A stretch of 64,000 nucleotides of DNA from an uncultured Myxococcales bacterium (GTDB lineage Bacteria > Myxococcota_A > UBA9042 > CAIXZC01): positions 15,922 to 79,921 of the forward strand of contig CAZVFX010000011.1 of assembly GCA_964626565.1 (NCBI GenBank), read 5' to 3'. Positions 1 to 8,894 of this stretch are shown piece after piece. Each line of letters starts with the position of its first letter. The first letter of the stretch is position 1. The position numbers were made by a program, and so were the translations under genes. A model generated the notes under the pieces. That model did not search any database. It saw only the letters and a program-made list of their open reading frames with translations, and was not told the DNA's origin.

Positions 1-651
1 GCCAACGCATCTCTTACCGTTCCATTTCTGCCCCTTGGGGCAGTGAGTCGCAGGAGGGGGCGGTGCAACGCATCGCTTGCCGTTCCACTTCGTTCCCGCA
101 GGACAATTCTTCTTCTCGGGGTTGACGCGGATGCACCGCCGGCCGTTCCACCTGAGCCCCTTGGCGCACTTGGCTTTGGCAACCACGCAACGGTCGTTCA
201 TCAACTTGGTCCCCGGGGGACAATTCCCCTCGTAGCGGATGCAGCGCCGCCCGTTCCAGTGGGTGCCCCTGGGACACGGCGCCCGAGTGAGCACGCACCG
301 CTTGCCGTTCCACTTGGTGCCTTTCGGGCATTTGTAGACGCGTTTCTCGCAGAACTTCCCGTTCCAGCGAGAACCGGCGGGGCAAATAACCTCCACTGAG
401 GGCTGGACGCCTACACAGAGGCCGCCCTCGTAAGTAGTGCCGGCCGGGCACAACGGCTGCATGTCCCACTCGACGGCAACACAGTGCATTCCGTCCCACA
501 CGGTGTCAGGGGGGCAGACTACTTCCGACTCTACATAATAGGTCTGCGCCGGCGGGGGCGGTTGCTGGTAGACGTAAGTGGGACCACAAGATGCCGCCAG
601 AAAGGCAACCGCGGCCAGAGCGACAAAGCTGGTGGTGTAGATATTTTTCAT
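1..651 (-). CDS. Partial (C-terminus beyond window) lipoprotein with about seven tandem 20-aa Cys-rich repeats CPxGTxWNG[KR][KR]C
   Basis: Manual translation of the minus strand from ATG at 649-651 (RBS GAGGAGGA 5 nt upstream) gives MKNIYTTSFVALAAVAFLAASCGPT... (lipobox LAASC) and stays open to position 1. It is not in the ORF track because no stop lies in the window. The track ORFs 14..499(-) and 43..399(+) are other frames of the same DNA. Confidence 0.6.
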   Translation of the reverse strand, partial: MKNIYTTSFVALAAVAFLAASCGPTYVYQQPPPPAQTYYVESEVVCPPDTVWDGMHCVAVEWDMQPLCPAGTTYEGGLCVGVQPSVEVICPAGSRWNGKFCEKRVYKCPKGTKWNGKRCVLTRAPCPRGTHWNGRRCIRYEGNCPPGTKLMNDRCVVAKAKCAKGLRWNGRRCIRVNPEKKNCPAGTKWNGKRCVAPPPPATHCPKGQKWNGKRCVG

Positions 652-721
652 GTCATCCTCCTCGTCGTATCAGTCTGCCAATGGTACGAGTACGGGGCAC
701 TATTATTCACCGTAAGAGCTT

Positions 722-2350
722 CTACGACTCCAACAGTCCCACATCTCCTTCCACCATTTCAAGCACTTCCAGACGCCTGGTTGCAGACATCATGTTGTTG
801 TGGTCGGAGAAGAGCGGCCGGTCTTCGTCCAGGTGTTCCACCGTCTTCCGGACCGCCTGCAGCGCGGCCTGCACACCCTTCCCAAAGGTGTGCTCCCGGA
901 AGTCGAGAGCCTGGGCCGCACCGATAAACTCGATTCCGAGGACGCCGTAGGCGTTGTCCATCACTTGCCGGGCTTTCAAGGACGCGTTCATCCCCATGGA
1001 CACGAAATCCTCCTGGTCCGCGGCCGCGGGAATGGACTGGATTGAGGCTGGGTTGGAGAGGATGCGTTGTTCAACAATGAGGGAGTCCGCAGTGTACTGG
1101 CTGAGCATGTGCCCCGACATCATCCCTGCCCCTTTGGTGAGGAAGGGAGGCAAACCTACGCTCAGCGCAGGATTAAGCAGCCGGTTGAGGCGCCGCTCCG
1201 AGAGCACGCTGACCATGGTAATCGCGGCCGTCATGCCATCCACCGGCAGACTCACGGGGCTGCCCTGGAAATTGGCGCCGGTGAGCACGGTTTGATCTTC
1301 GGGCAGGAAGATGGGATTGTCGCCGACGCCGTTGAGCTCGACCTCGATCTGCTTGCGGGTCCAGCGGAACTGGTCCCGGGCCGCACCGATCACCTGAGGA
1401 GTGGAGCGCATGCTGTACGCGTCCTGCACTTTGACCTTCAACTTCCCGGTAAGGAGGTCTGAGCCATCCAGAACACGAATCAGGTTGGCGGCACACGTAA
1501 CCGCGCCGTCAAAACCCCTCAGCTTGTGCAGACGTACGTCGTACGGCTTGAGGTTGGCCAGGAGCGCCTCCAGGCTCATGGCCGCGGCGATCTCCGCCTG
1601 CTTCAGCCACAGCTCGGCGTCGTACAGCACCAACGCGGCGATGGCGGTGAGAAGATTACTGCCGTTGATGGTCGCCAGACCATCCCTGGCCTTCAACTCC
1701 ACCGGGGTGATGCCGGCACGTTTCAGCGCTTCATCGGAAGGCAACCGTTCCCCCTGGAAGAACGCCTCGCTCTCCCCCATCATGGTGAGCGCAATCTGGC
1801 TCATGGGAGAAAGGTCACCGCACGCCCCCACCGAGCCCTTTTCGCACACGACGGGCGTAACCCCCTTGTTGAGCATCTCAACCAGAGTCTGCGGAACCAG
1901 CGCCCGGCATCCGGAGAAGCCGTTGGCAATCACGTTGATGCGGCCAAGTATGCCGGCGCGAACATGGTCTTCAGGCATCGGCTCCCCGATGCCGGCGGCA
2001 TGATTGTAGATGAGCCATTTCTGGAATTGCTGGGTCTGTTCGTCGGAGAGAATCACCTCGGAGAATTCGCCGATGCCGGTGTTGACGCCGTACATTATCT
2101 CCTTGGCTTCAATCCTGTCTTCCAGGAACTCTCGGCAGTGGATGATGCGAGTCAGCGCCTCGGGATGAAGTTCCACTTTTCTGCCGTTGCGCGCCACCGC
2201 AACAACGTCTTCGATAGTCAGGTTTTTTCCGGTAATTGAGAGCGTCAACGCGAACCTCCTGTCTTCGCGGGGATCTTCGGCTTCCGAATCGGAGCGAAAC
2301 CCCCGCACGCTACGGAAAGTCGCTCCCGCCCACCCCGCTGCAACCGGCAA
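722..2350 (-). CDS. Aromatic amino acid/histidine ammonia-lyase family (HAL/PAL/TAL, MIO-type) enzyme; start codon uncertain (TTG at 2350 or an internal start)
   Basis: The N-terminus FALTLSITGKNLTIEDVVAVARNG matches HutH-type N-termini. The GSVGACGDLSP stretch sits at the MIO-forming position (canonical GSVGASGDL), and the rest shows family-wide conservation. Confidence 0.8.
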   Translation of the reverse strand: MPVAAGWAGATFRSVRGFRSDSEAEDPREDRRFALTLSITGKNLTIEDVVAVARNGRKVELHPEALTRIIHCREFLEDRIEAKEIMYGVNTGIGEFSEVILSDEQTQQFQKWLIYNHAAGIGEPMPEDHVRAGILGRINVIANGFSGCRALVPQTLVEMLNKGVTPVVCEKGSVGACGDLSPMSQIALTMMGESEAFFQGERLPSDEALKRAGITPVELKARDGLATINGSNLLTAIAALVLYDAELWLKQAEIAAAMSLEALLANLKPYDVRLHKLRGFDGAVTCAANLIRVLDGSDLLTGKLKVKVQDAYSMRSTPQVIGAARDQFRWTRKQIEVELNGVGDNPIFLPEDQTVLTGANFQGSPVSLPVDGMTAAITMVSVLSERRLNRLLNPALSVGLPPFLTKGAGMMSGHMLSQYTADSLIVEQRILSNPASIQSIPAAADQEDFVSMGMNASLKARQVMDNAYGVLGIEFIGAAQALDFREHTFGKGVQAALQAVRKTVEHLDEDRPLFSDHNNMMSATRRLEVLEMVEGDVGLLES

Positions 2351-2481
2351 AACCCGGTCCGCGTGCCGGCATTATCTTGGGAAACCGGATCGTAAGTCAA
2401 GGGTTTTCGATGCGCTGAATCAGCGCCGCGCGGAGCGGCGCATACTGCGGTTCCCTACCTAGATCGGGTGCGCGAAAGCAC

Positions 2482-2545
2482 GTAGGTATATGACGCATAC
2501 TACCTACTCCATCTTTTCTATGGGAACTAGGTACTATTTCCTAGT
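2482..2545. promoter_or_regulatory. AT-rich divergent promoter region (HAL-family gene <-> hdr operon) with repeated TAGGTA/TACCTA hexamers forming two inverted repeats
   Basis: GTAGGTA (2482-2488) and TACCTAC (2501-2507) form one inverted repeat. ACTAGG (2526-2531) and CCTAGT (2540-2545) form a second. This is the only AT-rich stretch in a GC-rich window, and it sits between divergent genes. Confidence 0.4.
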
Positions 2546-2644
2546 ATACTGAGTGCTCCGACCTATTGGTATGGGGAGTTGGGGAGTGTAGGCTGTTTTT
2601 AGAAGAGGGATTGAAAACACGGGTGTGGACACGGAGGGTTCTTC

Positions 2645-3226
2645 ATGAAACAGATTCAGCAAACCGTTCTTTACGAGGAGGCCATGGACCTCGATTTCCT
2701 CGAGGAGGTCCACGCCATTCCTGGTGGAGAAAAGGTCAAGGAGTGCATCCAATGCGGCACCTGCTCCGGGTCTTGCCCGGTAAGTTGGGCCATGGACCAC
2801 ACGCCCCGCCAGATTATCGCGATGATCCGTGCGGGCATGCGTAAGGAGGTGTTGGACAGTCCCACAATCTGGACATGCGCTTCATGCTATTCGTGTGCGG
2901 TCAACTGCCCCCGGGAAATCAAGCTTACCGACGTGATGTACATCTTGAAGAGGATGGCCATCAAGGATGGGTACGAGGGGAGCAACAACGCCGAGGCTCT
3001 GTCTCAGCACTTTGTTGACCTGGTGAACCAGACCGGGCGCAACAACGAGCGGGTGCTATTGCGACGGTATTTCATGAGCACGCGGCCATTCGGTGCGTTG
3101 AAGGAAGTGGGCCTGGGCTGGAAGCTCTTCCGGCGCGGCCGTCTGCCCTCGCAAACAGAGAAGGTGAAAGACATTGAAGGGTTACGCAAGCTCATTGCCA
3201 AGGCCCTGGAAATGGGAGGTGAATAA
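2645..3226 (+). CDS. hdrC: Heterodisulfide reductase subunit C (two 4Fe-4S ferredoxin motifs)
   Basis: CIQCGTCSGSCP and CASCYSCAVNCP motifs; HdrC-like length; stop overlaps the hdrB start (TAATG). Confidence 0.85.
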   Translation: MKQIQQTVLYEEAMDLDFLEEVHAIPGGEKVKECIQCGTCSGSCPVSWAMDHTPRQIIAMIRAGMRKEVLDSPTIWTCASCYSCAVNCPREIKLTDVMYILKRMAIKDGYEGSNNAEALSQHFVDLVNQTGRNNERVLLRRYFMSTRPFGALKEVGLGWKLFRRGRLPSQTEKVKDIEGLRKLIAKALEMGGE

Positions 3227-4104
3227 TGACCTACACCTATTATCCCGGCTGCTCACTCCACGCGACGTCCCGGGCTTACGACGAGTCCATTCGAGCCATC
3301 GCCGGCACTCTGGGCCTCGAACTCGCTGAGGTAGAGGACTGGAACTGCTGCGGGGCCACCGCGTACATGTCGGTCAACGAGACGTTATCCCACTGCCTTA
3401 CCGCGCGCAATCTGGCGCTGGCAGCGGCCCAGGGTGGCGACATGGTGGCGCCGTGCAGCGCGTGCTACACCAACCTGATGAAGACCAACTCATATCTCAA
3501 GGAATTTCCAGACCTTAAGGAGAAGGTCGACTCGGCTCTCGCCGAGGCGGACCTCACTTATGGCGGTGACGTCAAGGTGCGGCACTTCCTCGAAGTGGTT
3601 GTAAACGACATCGGCCTGGAGAAGATCCGCGGCCTGGTGAAGAAACCTCTGGACGGGTTGAAAATCGCGCCCTATTACGGCTGCCAGATTGTCCGGCCGT
3701 TGAGCGTTGAGGACGACCCCGATGAGCCGGTTCTTCTTGATCATCTGCTGGAAGCCCTTGGGGCCACGGTGGTCACCTATCCCATGAAGACGACCTGCTG
3801 CGGTGGCTCCCTCATGGGAACCAAGGAGGAGGTGGCGCGGCGCCTGACGCGTAATCTGCTGCTGTGCGCCGCACAGTTTGAAGCGGACGTCATCGCAGTA
3901 ACCTGCCCGTTGTGCCAGATGAATCTTGACGGCTACCAGACGCGAATCAACAAGGAGTACGGGACCGCGTTCGAAATCCCGGTGCTCTACTTCCCTCAGT
4001 TGATGGGCATGGCCTTTGGAGAACAGGCGGAGCCCCTTGGACTGCAGCGAGGTGTCGTGCCTTTGGGCGAGACAGTTTCGCGCTACGTGGAGGGTTCGAG
4101 ATGA
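3226..4104 (+). CDS. hdrB: Heterodisulfide reductase subunit B (CCG-domain protein)
   Basis: MTYTYYPGCSL N-terminus, two CCG cysteine-rich domains (NCCG...TCCGG), ATGA overlap with hdrA. Confidence 0.85.
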   Translation: MTYTYYPGCSLHATSRAYDESIRAIAGTLGLELAEVEDWNCCGATAYMSVNETLSHCLTARNLALAAAQGGDMVAPCSACYTNLMKTNSYLKEFPDLKEKVDSALAEADLTYGGDVKVRHFLEVVVNDIGLEKIRGLVKKPLDGLKIAPYYGCQIVRPLSVEDDPDEPVLLDHLLEALGATVVTYPMKTTCCGGSLMGTKEEVARRLTRNLLLCAAQFEADVIAVTCPLCQMNLDGYQTRINKEYGTAFEIPVLYFPQLMGMAFGEQAEPLGLQRGVVPLGETVSRYVEGSR

Positions 4105-7100
4105 GCAGCAAGATCGGAGTGTACATTTGCCACTGCGGCACCAACATCTCGGGCAATGTCGACATCGATGAAGTGGTCGAGTTTGCCCGGACTCTTCCCG
4201 AGGTCTCAATCGTACGGGACTACCGGTTCATGTGCTCTGACCCGGGGCAGAACCTCATCCAGGAGGACATCGACAAGATGGGCCTCGACAGGGTGGTGGT
4301 AGCCTCATGTTCCCCTTTGATGCATGAGCCGACTTTCCGGGGTGCGTGCGAGCGGCAGGGGCTTAACGCCTATCTGTTCACCATGGCCAACATCCGTGAG
4401 CATTGCTCGTGGGTCTCGTTCGATTCCGGCGTGGCCACTGATAAGGCCAAGGCCCTTATCGCCGGTTCTGTGCGGCGAGCCGCCTTCCTGGCCCCTTTGG
4501 AGCAGAAGACTGTTCCGGTGAATCCGAACACTCTGGTGGTAGGCGCCGGCATCGCGGGCATTCAGGCGGCGTTGGACATTGCCGATGCAGGGCACAAGGT
4601 ATACCTGGTGGAGAAAGACAGCTCCATCGGCGGCCACATGGCCAAGTTTGACAAGACCTTCCCCACCCTGGACTGCTCCGCATGTATCCTGACCCCGAAG
4701 ATGGTGCAAGTGGGTCAGCACCCTAACATCGAGTTACTCACCTGTTCTACGGTGGAGGAAGTAACCGGATACGTTGGCAATTTCAAGGCGAAGGTAAAAT
4801 CCACTCCGCGCTTTGTGGACGCGGCCAAGTGCACGTCCTGCGGTGAGTGCACCAAGGTTTGCCCCGTCGATGTCAGCAACGAATTCGAAGAAGGCATGTG
4901 CGACCGGAAGGCGGTGTACCGGAACTTCCCGCAGGCTGTACCGAACACCTTCCTCATCGACCACCCGCAAGCGGCCCCCTGCCAGGCAACCTGCCCGGTG
5001 GGACAGCAGGTGCAGGGCTATGTGGCGCTGGTGGCCCAGGGCAAGTTCAACGAAGCCCACGAACTGATTCGAAAAACCAGCGCGTTGCCTTCGATCTGCG
5101 GACGCGTTTGTTACCATCCCTGCGAAACCAACTGCAAGCGAGAGGCAGTTGATGACCCGGTGGCAGTAAAAGGGTTGAAACGTTTCGTCCTGGACAACTC
5201 GCCGCTGCCCGAAATCGAGCCTCCCCCGAGTTCAGGGAAGAAGGTGGCCATTGTTGGCTCGGGGCCGGCCGGACTTACCGCCGCGCACGACCTGGCCTTG
5301 AAAGGTCACGACGTCACGGTGCTCGAAGCGCAGGCAGAGCTGGGAGGCATGCTGAGGCTCGGCATTCCGGCGTACAGGCTCCCGCGCAACATTATTAAGA
5401 ATGACATTGACTTCATCCGCAAACTGGGGGTGAAATTCCAGACCAACACCCTTGTGGATGCAGCTAGATTCAGCCAACTCCGGGCAACTCACGACGCACT
5501 CTTCCTGGGTGTGGGAGCTCACACGGCTCTGGCCCTGGGGCTCGAGGACGACACGGTGGCGGGCATCGAGTTGGGAATCGACTTTTTGCGCAAGGCCAAC
5601 CTCGGCCTTGACGTTGCGGTGGGGCAGCGGGTCGCAGTCATCGGTGGTGGCAACACCGCGGTGGATGCGGCCCGCACCGCAATCCGTATGGGCTCCCAGC
5701 GGGTCGACATCCTCTATCGCCGCTCGCGGGCTGAAATGCCTGCTGACGACGAGGAGATCGAGGCGCTGCTTGAGGAAGGGCTGAACATAGAGTTCCTGGT
5801 GGCGCCCACCAAGGTACTTCACAAAGACGGCAAATTGACCGGTCTCAAGGTCGTGCAGATGGAATTGGGTGAGCCTGACGCCAGCGGCCGGCGCCGGCCG
5901 ATACCGATTGCAGGCAGCGAAGGGACCGTGGAATACGACATGGTGATCCCCGCAATCAGCCAGAAACCCGATAACGGGTTCGCTGAAAACTCGGGCATGG
6001 AGTTGACCCGGTGGGGCACCATTTCCGTAAACACGGTGAACTGCAGCACAAACATACCCAGGGTCTTTGCCGGCGGCGACAACGTACGAGGCCCGGCCTC
6101 CGTAATCGAAGCGATGGCTGACGGCAAGCGGGCTGCCACCGCCATCCACAACCTGCTTTCCGGCCGCTCTTTGAGTGATGGGCTGACTGCACCCGAACCG
6201 TACGACCTTGAACTGAGCGAAGAAGAACGCCTTACTCTCAAGGTGGATACATCGGTGGAGAAGCGAGTCAAGATGCCGACCCTCGACCCTGCCAAGCGGG
6301 TGACCTCTTTCGACGAGGTCGAACTGGGATACACCGAGGCAATGGCCAGGGACGAGGCGGCGAGATGCCTCAGTTGCGGCGTGTGTTCCGAATGCGGAGA
6401 ATGCGCCCGGGTATGCGAGCCGGGAGCCATCGACTACGACATGAAAGAAACGGTTCATGAAGTGGAAATCGGGTCGGTGATCGTGGCAACGGGGTTTGAA
6501 GCTTTCGACTCGAAGGAGGCGGTGCGTTACGGGTACGGCAAGTTCCCCGATGTTTACACCGGGCTTGAGTTCGAGCGGATGAACAGCGCTTCAGGTCCCA
6601 CCGACGGCCAGTTGCGGCTGAAGAACGGGGAGACCCCCAAGAGTGTGGGCATCATCCATTGCGTCGGCAGCCGCGACAAGCACCACAATGAGTATTGCTC
6701 CCGGGTTTGCTGCATGTACTCCTTGAAGTTTGCTCACCTCGTGGCCGAGAAGACGGGTGCGGAGGTGTACAACTTCTACATTGACATGCGCTGTTTCGGC
6801 AAGGGGTACGAGGAGTTCTACAACCGCTTGCTGGAAGAAGACGTCCGGTTCGTGCGTGGGCGGGCCGCATTTGTCACCGACTTCCCTCTTAACGAAGAGG
6901 AACGGGACAAGTTGGTGATTCGAGTTGAAGACACGCTCATCGGCGAAATGCGGCGCATCCCGGTGGACATGGTAATTCTCTCCACCGGTCTCGAAGCGAG
7001 AAAGGACTCCCAGGACGTGTCCCGGATGTTCAACATCAGCAGGGGGAAGGACGGCTTCTTCCTGGAGAAGCACCCGAAGCTGGCCCCGGTAGCCACGGCT

Positions 7101-7469
7101 ACGGACGGAATCTTCCTCGCCGGCGCGTGCCAGGGTCCAAAGGACATCCCCGACACCGTGGCCCAGGGTTCAGCCGCTGCGGCCCAGGTGCTGTCCATGG
7201 TCGCCAGGGGAGAGATCAGCATCGAGGTTGCCACTTGTACGGTGAACGAGGAGCTGTGCGGGGGATGCCGGGTGTGCAATTCGGCCTGCGCCCTGTCGGC
7301 GATTACGTTCGAAGAAGAAAAGGGCGTTTCAGTGATAAACGACGCTCTGTGCAAGGGTTGCGGGACGTGTGCGGCGGCTTGCCCCAGCGGGGCCATTTCC
7401 GCCAAGCATTTCACGGACGAGCAGATAATCTCTGAAATCGAGGGGGTGCTCCATGACGTACGAGCCTAA
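4101..7469 (+). CDS. hdrA: Large HdrA-like flavoprotein (1122 aa) with an inserted GltD/NADPH-oxidoreductase-like module (HdrL-type)
   Basis: HdrA N-terminal Cys cluster and the FAD fold VVGAGIAGIQAALDIADAGHKVYLVEK. An internal block KKVAIVGSGPAGLTAAHDLALKGHDV...VAVIGGGNTAVDAA (two Rossmann folds) is preceded by a CxxxCP Fe-S region typical of glutamate synthase small subunit. C-terminal CVGSRD plus a 2x[4Fe-4S] region. Confidence 0.8.
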   Translation: MSSKIGVYICHCGTNISGNVDIDEVVEFARTLPEVSIVRDYRFMCSDPGQNLIQEDIDKMGLDRVVVASCSPLMHEPTFRGACERQGLNAYLFTMANIREHCSWVSFDSGVATDKAKALIAGSVRRAAFLAPLEQKTVPVNPNTLVVGAGIAGIQAALDIADAGHKVYLVEKDSSIGGHMAKFDKTFPTLDCSACILTPKMVQVGQHPNIELLTCSTVEEVTGYVGNFKAKVKSTPRFVDAAKCTSCGECTKVCPVDVSNEFEEGMCDRKAVYRNFPQAVPNTFLIDHPQAAPCQATCPVGQQVQGYVALVAQGKFNEAHELIRKTSALPSICGRVCYHPCETNCKREAVDDPVAVKGLKRFVLDNSPLPEIEPPPSSGKKVAIVGSGPAGLTAAHDLALKGHDVTVLEAQAELGGMLRLGIPAYRLPRNIIKNDIDFIRKLGVKFQTNTLVDAARFSQLRATHDALFLGVGAHTALALGLEDDTVAGIELGIDFLRKANLGLDVAVGQRVAVIGGGNTAVDAARTAIRMGSQRVDILYRRSRAEMPADDEEIEALLEEGLNIEFLVAPTKVLHKDGKLTGLKVVQMELGEPDASGRRRPIPIAGSEGTVEYDMVIPAISQKPDNGFAENSGMELTRWGTISVNTVNCSTNIPRVFAGGDNVRGPASVIEAMADGKRAATAIHNLLSGRSLSDGLTAPEPYDLELSEEERLTLKVDTSVEKRVKMPTLDPAKRVTSFDEVELGYTEAMARDEAARCLSCGVCSECGECARVCEPGAIDYDMKETVHEVEIGSVIVATGFEAFDSKEAVRYGYGKFPDVYTGLEFERMNSASGPTDGQLRLKNGETPKSVGIIHCVGSRDKHHNEYCSRVCCMYSLKFAHLVAEKTGAEVYNFYIDMRCFGKGYEEFYNRLLEEDVRFVRGRAAFVTDFPLNEEERDKLVIRVEDTLIGEMRRIPVDMVILSTGLEARKDSQDVSRMFNISRGKDGFFLEKHPKLAPVATATDGIFLAGACQGPKDIPDTVAQGSAAAAQVLSMVARGEISIEVATCTVNEELCGGCRVCNSACALSAITFEEEKGVSVINDALCKGCGTCAAACPSGAISAKHFTDEQIISEIEGVLHDVRA

Positions 7470-7917
7470 AATCGTCGGTTTCCTCTGTAACTGGTGTTCC
7501 TACACCGGCGCTGATCTGGCAGGCATGTCGCGGATGAAATACGCCCACAACGTTCGTATCGTGCGCGTCATGTGTTCCGGCCGGGTAGACCCCACTTTCG
7601 TGGTGAAAGCCTTCGCCAGCGGGGCGGACGGCGTCCTGGTGGCGGGTTGTCACCCCGGGGACTGCCATTACATCGAGGGCAACTACAAAACCATGCGGCG
7701 CATGCCACTCCTGAAGAAGATGTTGAAAGAATATGGAGTGGACGAGCGCAGGTTCCGACTCGAGTGGATCTCGGCCTCCGAAGGCGACCGGTTCGCAGAG
7801 GTGGTCAACGAGATGTCTGCCGAATTAGCTAAGTTGGGCCCGTGCAGTTTGGGGCAGGAAGGCAACGTGCCTGATCAGCCCTCTGATGTGCAACAGCCAG
7901 CAAACCCTGCCGGCTAA
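7453..7917 (+). CDS. mvhD: MvhD-like (methyl-viologen-reducing hydrogenase delta subunit) [2Fe-2S] electron-transfer protein
   Basis: N-terminus KIVGFLCNWCSYTGADLAG...MCSGRVDP...GCHPGDCHY; overlaps the hdrA end by 17 nt. Confidence 0.8.
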   Translation: MTYEPKIVGFLCNWCSYTGADLAGMSRMKYAHNVRIVRVMCSGRVDPTFVVKAFASGADGVLVAGCHPGDCHYIEGNYKTMRRMPLLKKMLKEYGVDERRFRLEWISASEGDRFAEVVNEMSAELAKLGPCSLGQEGNVPDQPSDVQQPANPAG

Positions 7918-7937
7918 GGCGAACGAAAGGAGAGACT

Positions 7938-8894
7938 ATGGCAAAGCTCAAACTCGCTTCGTACTGGGCGGCGGCATGCGGGGGCTGCGACACCGCCATC
8001 CTCGACATTCATGAGAAGATACTGGATCTTGCCGCGGCTGCCGATATTCTGTTCTGGCCCATTGCGGTGGACACCAAGTACAAGGACGTTGAGGCCATGC
8101 CGGACGGTCACATCGATGTCACCTTGTTCCACGGCGCCATTCGCAACTCCGAGAACGAGTACTTGGCCAAGCTGCTCAGAGCCAAGAGCAAAGTACTGGT
8201 GGCATTCGGAAGCTGCTCCCACCTGGGTGGGATCCCCGGCCTGGCCAACATGTTCAACCGTGACGAAATCTTCGAGCGAGTCTATCAAACGACTCCCAGC
8301 ACGGTGAACGAGGCCGGCACGCTGCCTCACATGGTCACCAAGGTGCCGGAAGGCGAACTGGAACTGCCGGAGTTCTACAACACGGTGCGAACTTTGGACC
8401 AGGTGGTGGACGTGGAGTACTATGTTCCCGGTTGCCCTCCGCCCCCGGCACAGATATGGGCTGTGGTGGAGGCCATCGTTTCCGGGAATCTCCCGCCCGC
8501 CGGGTCGATAGTCGGAGCGTCGGACAAGTCGCAGTGCGACGAATGTCCTCGTGAGAAGACCGACATGAAGATGAAAGAGGTGAAGCGTATCGCCACCCAT
8601 CAACCGGACCAGACCCGATGTTTCCTCGAGCAGGGCTTTGTTTGCCTGGGCGCTGCCACACGAGGAGGCTGCGACACCCGCTGCCAGACTTCGGGGGTCG
8701 GTTGCAGGGGATGCTTCGGGCCCACGGCTGAAGTGTTGGACCAGGGGGCCAAGGCTCTCTCCTCCATCGCGTCGGTGCTGGACTCCAACGACCCGCAGGA
8801 AATTGCCCGGATGCTGGAGCAGATAGACGATCCCGTCAGGTTGTTTGATCGTTTCAGTATACCCGCCTCGTTCCTCAGGAGGAAATCGCTATGA
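7938..8894 (+). CDS. mvhG: Group-3 [NiFe]-hydrogenase small subunit (MvhG-like)
   Basis: N-terminal YWAAACGGCDTAIL and a C-terminal Cys-rich Fe-S cluster region (CDECP...C...C...CRGCFGP); ATGA overlap with the large-subunit gene. Confidence 0.8.
   Translation: MAKLKLASYWAAACGGCDTAILDIHEKILDLAAAADILFWPIAVDTKYKDVEAMPDGHIDVTLFHGAIRNSENEYLAKLLRAKSKVLVAFGSCSHLGGIPGLANMFNRDEIFERVYQTTPSTVNEAGTLPHMVTKVPEGELELPEFYNTVRTLDQVVDVEYYVPGCPPPPAQIWAVVEAIVSGNLPPAGSIVGASDKSQCDECPREKTDMKMKEVKRIATHQPDQTRCFLEQGFVCLGAATRGGCDTRCQTSGVGCRGCFGPTAEVLDQGAKALSSIASVLDSNDPQEIARMLEQIDDPVRLFDRFSIPASFLRRKSL

Noticed and set aside
14-499. Track ORFs 14..499(-) and 43..399(+) at the window start
   Set aside because: Both are alternate frames of the real minus-strand lipoprotein gene that runs 651 to <1. 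They have no RBS or signal, whereas the in-frame reading gives a clean 20-aa repeat protein.
5232-7414. Large antisense ORFs inside hdrA (5232..6458-, 5819..6430-, 6818..7414-)
   Set aside because: Typical high-GC antisense open frames. The sense strand has strong HdrA/GltD homology throughout.
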